In this document: positions 54,823-60,840 of the stretch, one piece after another
Numbering within the stretch: the stretch's first letter is position 1
Layout of the letters: each line of letters starts with the position of its first letter
Virus record (IMG/VR): IMGVR_UViG_3300009506_000030
Coordinates: 1-60,840 of that record
Reading direction: 5' to 3' (one strand)
DNA from: a virus
Lineage: Duplodnaviria; Caudoviricetes
DNA: 60,840 nt
Made by a program: the position numbers and the translations under genes
The notes under the pieces: generated by a model
Seen by the model: only the letters and a program-made list of their open reading frames with translations
Told to the model about the DNA's origin: nothing
Database searches by the model: none

Positions 54823-54837
54823 ATGTTATCCTTTTAA

Positions 54838-54954
54838 ACCAGGGAACAGGCAGACATAGTTTTTACCCCACCATAAATGGCGGTGGGGAGCAGAGTCGAA
54901 CTGCTGAAATGCATCGCATCATTAACCGAAGTAACTATCTCTTGCGCCACTGGT
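54838..54954 (-). ncRNA. Y RNA, YrlA-like copy 3 (no D arm)
   Basis: ACCAG/CUGGU and AUAGU/ACUAU stems, GUUACUUCG and GCCUGUUC motifs, T arm AGCAG-UUCGACU-CUGCU, acceptor CCCCACC/GGUGGGG. Confidence 0.8.
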
Positions 54955-55211
54955 ATTTTCCTATCTCCTGAACATACCTCTGAACATTATTATCAAAAAC
55001 CCTATAAAAAACACTGCTGTAGCTATAACAGCTATTATGATTTCCATGTTACATGTATGAAATGATTAAAATCATCCCCCAAATAATGAACATCCAGATA
55101 ATAACCAGTTTTGTTAATCTACTCATAACGTGCTCTTAAAATGATACAATTGAATGGTTTAATGATACATATTTTGCTTATTGTTGACGTATTTGACAGT
55201 TAAGTACTACT

Positions 55212-55240
55212 ATTTTACCACTTACTGGAATGTTTGTCAA
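55212..55240 (-). promoter_or_regulatory. sigma70-type promoter for the Y RNA-rsr region
   Basis: TTGACA-17 nt-TAAAAT with TG extension. Confidence 0.7.
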
Positions 55241-55253
55241 GTTTTTTTTAACA

Positions 55254-55329
55254 TGGGGCCGAAGGGATGACTTGAACCCCCACACCGTTCATTACAAGTG
55301 AACCGCTCTTCCATTGGAGTTACTTCGGC
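55254..55329 (-). tRNA. tRNA-Thr (UGU)
   Basis: 76 nt cloverleaf: GCCGAAG/CUUCGGC, anticodon arm GUUCA-CUUGUAA-UGAAC, UUCAAGU T loop, encoded CCA; one mismatch each in T and D stems. Confidence 0.85.
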
Positions 55330-55539
55330 CTATTCGCCAAATAATTTACTATAAGTTTCTTTTCCTTTTCGGGTAACACCCCCAATATATCCCCTGCCAT
55401 TTTTAGCTTTGGCGGTGTCGCATCGCATTTTCTCTACAACCGTCCTATAATCAGCATCGTCATATAAACGTATTTCTTTGGCAGTGCATACACCTTTTTT
55501 CACAAATTTACAACCAGTCGATTCACATTTTACAACCAT
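55330..55539 (-). CDS. small Cys-rich protein (DUF1540-like)
   Basis: AGGAGG RBS; C....C.....G.C.A.EI.L. Confidence 0.65.
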   Translation of the reverse strand: MVVKCESTGCKFVKKGVCTAKEIRLYDDADYRTVVEKMRCDTAKAKNGRGYIGGVTRKGKETYSKLFGE

Positions 55540-55577
55540 AATACCTCCTTCACATATAAAAAAAACTGGATTTAAGC

Positions 55578-55606
55578 ATCGTAGCTTATTTCCAGTTTCT
55601 TGTCAA
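55578..55606 (-). promoter_or_regulatory. sigma70-type promoter at the start of the minus arm, overlapped by an inverted repeat
   Basis: TTGACA-17 nt-TACGAT; AAACTGGA..TAAGC / GCTTA..TCCAGTTT centred on the -10 box. Confidence 0.65.
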
Positions 55607-55688
55607 GCTTTTTTTCACAAGCAAGAGATATACCCTTGCAAACTGTTACTTTCCCATAAAGGTGCAGAATCTTCTAAACAGTACTGCT

Positions 55689-55810
55689 ACATGTATAAGT
55701 TATACATGTGCATAACTTGTGTATATGTATAAGTTATACATATACAGTACTGTATATAATACTGTTGCAGTATTACTGTTACAGTACTAAGCATTACATG
55801 TACATGTAAT
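55689..55810. repeat. cluster of five palindromes in the divergent intergenic region
   Basis: 55689-55709, 55720-55746, 55740-55757, 55757-55775, 55793-55810. Confidence 0.9.
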
Positions 55811-56571
55811 ACTTACTCCGTAAAGAGGATAAACAGGAAACATATCTGTAGCAATACTGAATAGTATTACTGGTAGGATTGCTGCAGTACTAAAGTACTA
55901 ACCAGTACTGAAGCAGTACAAAAAAAATATATAGTACTAAAACGTTTCAGAACTGAAAAAGTTCTACCGTTTTTTAAGGCAAAAAGCACTTTTGTTGCAA
56001 GTATGCATAAAATAAGCATAATCCATTTCTGATTTTTTGCATGACTGTAACTTTTGTGCAATTTTGTTGTGAAAAACATTTTTTGTAAAAAAAATATTCT
56101 GTCAAAATTTTGACGTACATGGGTAGGGGTGTCATATCATTGACAGTATGATCCCCTTTTGATCCACGACGTACACGCCCTTGTGTATAATTTTTACACA
56201 CATATCAGCATATCTGCATGCACAATGGCCAGGCAGAATTGTATAATAATTATACAGTATATGTGTAGTGGTGGTAACTTAGTTACCAGGTGTTTGTACC
56301 CTATTGGGGCAAAATACCCCATATTGCAACACATACCACTGTTGAATAATTCAACACTACACACAATGCTACACAAATATAATATAATATCATATAGCAC
56401 GTACACAAAGCGCAAGTGCCAAATAAGGGCAACAGAAATGCCATAAAATGTAACAAAAAGGCACAAAACAAGTGATGAATATTAATCAACAGTAATAAAT
56501 ACAAGCACTTGCAAATATGGCATGGTTTTTGTATTACAATGGATCAAATATAATTTAAACAGGAGGCTATC

Positions 56572-56694
56572 ATGAGAATAAGGGTTATCTATTTTAATGG
56601 TGAAACTAAGGTTATAAAGATTGATAGAAACATAGTTAGAACAATAGCTTATTTATACATGCAGGATGAAGTAAAAAGAATTGATATGGTTTAA
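56572..56694 (+). CDS. 40 aa early protein
   Basis: Not in ORF track; AAACAGGAGG RBS. Confidence 0.55.
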   Translation: MRIRVIYFNGETKVIKIDRNIVRTIAYLYMQDEVKRIDMV

Positions 56695-56719
56695 CATTAT
56701 AAACAGGAGGATTGAAACA

Positions 56720-56920
56720 ATGAGAAATTATTCAATTAGTATTACTGACGAACAAGGAATTGTAGAAAGCAGTTATAGCATGTATGATGTTAGAAAGGAT
56801 ATAATAGACAATTTTCCTAATGAAAATGTAAATGATGATGAAGTTATAGATGAAATTATTAACTGGATTAAACATGATTTAAAAGTATTTAAAGAAAATG
56901 ATAGGAAGAAAGGTATATAA
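56720..56920 (+). CDS. early hypothetical protein
   Basis: AAACAGGAGG RBS before ATG 56720. Confidence 0.65.
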   Translation: MRNYSISITDEQGIVESSYSMYDVRKDIIDNFPNENVNDDEVIDEIINWIKHDLKVFKENDRKKGI

Positions 56921-56945
56921 ACAATAATAAACAGGAGGATTAACT

Positions 56946-57317
56946 ATGTGTTTAGTACATATAAAAGAAAGATATAAGAAGGGAAAAAGGGGAAAAACAT
57001 TAATAGGCTATAAGCTGATATATAAAACAGACAGAGGTTATAGAGCACTATATAGGGGAGGTTTTTTTGATAAAGAATTATGGAATTGGTGTAGTGGAAG
57101 GAAAAGAATATATCTTCATAAACACTGGTATGAGGAAGGTTTTCATACCTATGCTAATCTATCTGATACAGTAAGACAATCATTTCACAACCCAAAAGCA
57201 GTGATCGTTATGGTTGAATTAAAAGATATTAGATATAAAGGCAAAAATAGTAGCATGGACAAAGGTTATACTTATATATCAAAGTATATGAGAATAATAA
57301 AAGAAATAGAAATATAA
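56946..57317 (+). CDS. early hypothetical protein
   Basis: AAACAGGAGG RBS; GYK...Y..GFH pattern. Confidence 0.7.
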   Translation: MCLVHIKERYKKGKRGKTLIGYKLIYKTDRGYRALYRGGFFDKELWNWCSGRKRIYLHKHWYEEGFHTYANLSDTVRQSFHNPKAVIVMVELKDIRYKGKNSSMDKGYTYISKYMRIIKEIEI

Positions 57318-57503
57318 CAAAAGAATTTAATCTGTTTAATGGGAGGATAAAGCAATGGAAAAAAAGACTTGTAAAGGTTGTCAATGTTTAACATGCTGTA
57401 ATTTTAAATGTATTAATAGGTGTAAAGCTGTTTATATATGTGATTTTAAAGTAACAAAATGTAAGGATTATGATAATAGTGGATTAATTTGTGAACAATA
57501 ATT

Positions 57504-57743
57504 ATGAGGATAAAAGCAATGGATAAAATAGCAATAGATATTATAGGGTTTAATGGTGAAAGATTTATATATTCAAAACAGGATAGGGAAAAACAAAAGC
57601 AATATATACAAAAAAGACTAATTGATATAGACATATTTTTATCTTCCATTAAAGCTGATTTGAGAAATGATAAAGTTTTATCAGAAAACAATTTTAAAAG
57701 ATTAGGCAATATTTTAATGGAATTAATAGAAATTCAAAAATAA
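57504..57743 (+). CDS. early hypothetical protein
   Basis: ORF track; GAGG RBS before second Met. Confidence 0.6.
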   Translation: MRIKAMDKIAIDIIGFNGERFIYSKQDREKQKQYIQKRLIDIDIFLSSIKADLRNDKVLSENNFKRLGNILMELIEIQK

Positions 57744-57764
57744 AACAAAACAGGAGGACTAAAA

Positions 57765-57854
57765 ATGATACAATGTAAAAAATGCGGTAAATATCTCAGT
57801 ATATATGAGCAATATAAGTATAATTGCTTATGTCAAGAGTGCGCTAATAAATAA
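57765..57854 (+). CDS. 29 aa zinc-finger-like peptide
   Basis: AAACAGGAGG RBS; CKKC...CQEC. Confidence 0.5.
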   Translation: MIQCKKCGKYLSIYEQYKYNCLCQECANK

Positions 57855-57877
57855 TAATAAACAGGAGGGTTTAAAAA

Positions 57878-58183
57878 ATGGGAATATCAGCGCGAGATGT
57901 TATAATGAAAGAGTATAATGGTTCGGTTAACTTTATGACTCCACATATAATTGGGTATAAGTGGATAATAAAGGATAAATTAGCTTGCGAATTAAGCCGC
58001 GGAAAAGGTTTATTTGACAGGACAATATATGGCGTCAGTGTAGTATTATATGATAAAGAAACAAAAAAAACAAAAAGATTAACTCAATATAGTGATTGTT
58101 TTACTAGTGAAAAGGATGCAGACAATTATATAAGAAACTTATATTTTAAAGAAAGCTTGCATTATTTACAAATAGGTGAATAA
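57878..58183 (+). CDS. early hypothetical protein
   Basis: AAACAGGAGG RBS. Confidence 0.7.
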   Translation: MGISARDVIMKEYNGSVNFMTPHIIGYKWIIKDKLACELSRGKGLFDRTIYGVSVVLYDKETKKTKRLTQYSDCFTSEKDADNYIRNLYFKESLHYLQIGE

Positions 58184-58204
58184 AATTAACAGGAGGATAA
58201 AGTA

Positions 58205-58396
58205 ATGGATAAAAAAACAAATAAGGAAATAGAAAGAATGAAAAAAGAAAGAGAACAATTATTATTAGTGCTAGAACAAAGGCAACAGGAAATTGATAAT
58301 TTGAGAAAATTAGGCTTTCAACAAAATGAATTATTAAGTAGAATAAGATTAATATTAATGGATTTAACAAAAGATATTACTAAACATTTTATTTAA
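58205..58396 (+). CDS. coiled-coil early protein
   Basis: AACAGGAGG RBS. Confidence 0.65.
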   Translation: MDKKTNKEIERMKKEREQLLLVLEQRQQEIDNLRKLGFQQNELLSRIRLILMDLTKDITKHFI

Positions 58397-58418
58397 TATT
58401 ATACTAGGAGGATTAAAT

Positions 58419-58616
58419 ATGTTATCGGCAACCTATAAAACTAAAAAGCAGTTAAAGGAAAATATCGGTAAAGAATTAAGATACGTTGAAACAAGTTTGT
58501 TCAGTGCGGAATATAAAGACAATGGATCATTTTGCGTGGTTGGCCCTTCACCATATGAAAGAAAATGGTATGCTAAGGTTACAATGGAAAATGGGTTAAT
58601 TAAAAAAGTAAGTTAA
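58419..58616 (+). CDS. early hypothetical protein
   Basis: AGGAGG RBS; Y.TKK.LKE.IG..L...ETS.F...RKWYA.V. Confidence 0.7.
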   Translation: MLSATYKTKKQLKENIGKELRYVETSLFSAEYKDNGSFCVVGPSPYERKWYAKVTMENGLIKKVS

Positions 58617-58625
58617 TAATCTAAC

Positions 58626-58663
58626 ATGGCATACAGTATGCTTTTAATGATACTGTATGCCAT
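58626..58663. terminator. 14-bp inverted repeat (terminator or processing hairpin)
   Basis: ATGGCATACAGTAT-10 nt-ATACTGTATGCCAT right after a stop codon; weak U tract. Confidence 0.5.
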
Positions 58664-58832
58664 TGATTAAAGGGTAACTACATGAATTATATATGGTGTA
58701 ATAAATATGAACATATGAAATCGGTTATAGTATGTGCTAAAAGGTGCATACATTATAATCAAAAGCTATGTATTACTATAGAAAAAATATACAGAGATAA
58801 AGGTTATACTTTAAACAGGAGGATAAAATAAA

Positions 58833-59522
58833 ATGGAAAATAAAAAATGTATGTCAAATATACAGCATTGTAAATGTGAAGTATGCAAACCAATAAAAGA
58901 AAAGGAAAAAATAGAACAATTAAAGCCTTCTTATTGGTTAAACTGTACTGATGATTTAATGAAATTAGGCTTTTCAGAAAATGATATTAATGAAGCTATA
59001 ATAGACAGTGGGAATAGTATTGAAACATTAACCAAAAAAAAATACTTTGAGAATGAACCTTATTATTCAAAAAATAAGTTAATAAGGAAAAATGTAACAT
59101 TTTCTAAAAAGAAATATTTTGGAAATACAGAATATTATAAATATGTTCAAGTAAAAGGTAATGAGTATAGAATCCCTTCAGAATATCAAGGGCTAAAACA
59201 TGGTGAGATTATAGGGCAACTACTTAAAAATAGATACCATTGGTTTAATAGTTTTAAATGGAATATTTACGAACTTCATAATTTAGAAAATTTTGAGTTA
59301 TATATGAAAACAAGTGACATTAACAATATAGATATACATTTATATGTTCCAATTAAAGCTATTACTACTAGCGATTTTAGTTTAATAGAAAAAAGGATGA
59401 TTAGCTATTGGAAATGGTATTTTAAGGATAACAATGAAAAATTAGAAAGAGTATTGAAAGTATTGGATAGTAAAGAATCTCTTAAATTAAAACAAATTTT
59501 AGGATATATAAGGGAGGATTAA
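58833..59522 (+). CDS. early hypothetical protein
   Basis: AAACAGGAGG RBS; 229 aa. Confidence 0.7.
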   Translation: MENKKCMSNIQHCKCEVCKPIKEKEKIEQLKPSYWLNCTDDLMKLGFSENDINEAIIDSGNSIETLTKKKYFENEPYYSKNKLIRKNVTFSKKKYFGNTEYYKYVQVKGNEYRIPSEYQGLKHGEIIGQLLKNRYHWFNSFKWNIYELHNLENFELYMKTSDINNIDIHLYVPIKAITTSDFSLIEKRMISYWKWYFKDNNEKLERVLKVLDSKESLKLKQILGYIRED

Positions 59523-59526
59523 TAAA

Positions 59527-60111
59527 ATGAATAAAATATCAATACCAAAAGGAAATAATAAATTAGGTAGCATTCCTGCTTATTCATTGCCTCCTGATAA
59601 AACATGCAAGGGGAACCCTTGTCATAAAAAAGGATGTTATTATAACAAGTTTGTCAAGTTACGGCCTACAGTTAAAAAATCAGTTTATAATAACTGGGAA
59701 TTGTTAAAAAAACATCATGGCACTGAACAAACTATTTTTGACATATGTAGATCTATAGAAAAAAATAAACCTAACTATTTCAGGTGGTTTGTCGGTGGAG
59801 ATATACCGTCACAATTATTTTTAGATGGTATGTATTATGTAGCGTTAACAAACCCTGAAACTAAATTTTTATGTTACACTAAAAAATATAATAAATATGA
59901 TTTTAGTAATACACCTAAAAATTTACAAATAGTCTATAGTGCATGGGTTAATATACCATTGCCTCCTGATGATAAACCCATAGCATTCTATCAAGATGGT
60001 ACAGAAAAAAGAGTTTATAACGCTATTACATGCAAGGGTAAATGTGACTTATGTTTTAAATGTTGGCATTTAAGCAGACTAAAAAAGAATGTAGTATTCA
60101 ATAGGCATTAA
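59527..60111 (+). CDS. Gp88-like phage protein
   Basis: GN.KLG...SLP...TC...C...CY, FRW...GD, YTK, C...C..C..CW. Confidence 0.7.
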   Translation: MNKISIPKGNNKLGSIPAYSLPPDKTCKGNPCHKKGCYYNKFVKLRPTVKKSVYNNWELLKKHHGTEQTIFDICRSIEKNKPNYFRWFVGGDIPSQLFLDGMYYVALTNPETKFLCYTKKYNKYDFSNTPKNLQIVYSAWVNIPLPPDDKPIAFYQDGTEKRVYNAITCKGKCDLCFKCWHLSRLKKNVVFNRH

Positions 60112-60141
60112 TGTAAATATTAATAAGGAGGATTAAATAAT

Positions 60142-60360
60142 ATGGAAATAAAAAAATTAAGTAAAGATGAAAAATGGGAAAAGTATATTTCAGATAATAG
60201 AAAATTAACAATAAAAATGAAAGATAAAAGATATGTAATGTGGTATACGCCTAAAAATGAAAGAGAAGTATTTAAATATTTTGATACTTATAAAGAAATG
60301 TGTGATTATGTAATGGAAAATAAAATTGTTAACTGGTCATGTAAATTAATACCTAAATAA
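60142..60360 (+). CDS. early hypothetical protein
   Basis: AAGGAGG RBS. Confidence 0.65.
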   Translation: MEIKKLSKDEKWEKYISDNRKLTIKMKDKRYVMWYTPKNEREVFKYFDTYKEMCDYVMENKIVNWSCKLIPK

Positions 60361-60370
60361 TGGAGGCAAT

Positions 60371-60559
60371 ATGGAAATAAAATTTATAACAAATAAAGAA
60401 TTGATTAAGGAAAACAGAATTGTTAATGGTAGAATGCATAAAGATTATTATTGTCCTTATTGTGGAAGTAGTGACATAGAAAAAGGTCACATTGATTTTA
60501 TATGTCATAGTTGTGGTATAAGTGACGATTTAAATAAGATAATAGAAATGTATAATTAA
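60371..60559 (+). CDS. zinc-ribbon protein
   Basis: CPYC...CHSC; GGAGG RBS. Confidence 0.65.
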   Translation: MEIKFITNKELIKENRIVNGRMHKDYYCPYCGSSDIEKGHIDFICHSCGISDDLNKIIEMYN

Positions 60560-60576
60560 AAATGGAGGTAAAGACA

Positions 60577-60840
60577 ATGAATAAGAGAACAAATATAGAA
60601 ATGTTTAGATTCCCCAATAATGCAAGGTCAACCATGATAATTGACAATATGGTACATGCTCTTAATAAAGATAGATACAAAATAAGAAAAAGAGGAAGGA
60701 AGCCTAACAGGGAATTAACACAGGAAAAATACAACGATGCCCCTCCCTTAAAATTTTCCAAGGAAATAGCTGTTTATATAGAAGATAAGAATAATTATAT
60801 TAGATTTATGTATACTGATTATAAGGAAGAAATAGAAAGG
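60577..60840 (+). CDS. hypothetical protein running off the window end
   Basis: GGAGG RBS, ATG 60577, 88 open codons to the end. Confidence 0.6.
   Translation, partial: MNKRTNIEMFRFPNNARSTMIIDNMVHALNKDRYKIRKRGRKPNRELTQEKYNDAPPLKFSKEIAVYIEDKNNYIRFMYTDYKEEIER

Noticed and set aside
54276-54954. The three repeated elements as a CRISPR array or as ordinary tRNAs
   Set aside because: Repeats are bipartite, degenerate and irregularly spaced with no cas genes; tRNA arms are in permuted order without an anticodon stem.
54433-55065. Track ORFs 54433..54714, 54546..54752 and 54877..55065
   Set aside because: They overlap the structured RNA genes and lack RBS or protein-like features.
55700-55746. 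Resemblance to loxP (ATAACTT) or dif sites, or to a protelomerase target
   Set aside because: Arms and spacing do not match, and no tyrosine recombinase or protelomerase gene was recognised.
55867-56504. Short overlapping ORFs on both strands in the intergenic region
   Set aside because: No RBS, mutually overlapping and compositionally unlike the real genes.
1-60840. Proof that the window is a closed circular genome
   Set aside because: Gene order is compatible and the last ORF stays open across an end-to-start join, but no terminal overlap was seen, so completeness is unproven.

Overview
The window looks like a complete or near-complete ~61 kb tailed dsDNA phage genome (podovirus-like architecture; no integrase, DNA polymerase or CRISPR seen) with two divergent arms meeting at a palindrome-rich non-coding region (~55.6-56.5 kb). 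The + arm (56.6 kb to the end, then 1-8.0 kb) carries small early genes, a replication initiator-like protein, DnaB-like helicase, PD-(D/E)XK nuclease, ERF recombinase and an M15-type endolysin. The - arm carries tRNA-Thr, a Ro60/Rsr (TROVE) gene preceded by three YrlA-like Y RNAs and one more structured RNA, a class II ribonucleotide reductase, and the terminase-portal-scaffold-capsid-tail-ejection protein module. Most striking: a phage-encoded nonulosonic (sialic-like) acid pathway (NeuB, NeuC, NeuA) with a Maf-family flagellin-type glycosyltransferase, a LarA-like epimerase and two methyltransferases, running into the packaging genes of a virion with very Ser/Thr-rich proteins. This suggests, by inference only, phage-directed protein O-glycosylation. 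All calls come from motif recognition by eye; no database searches were run.
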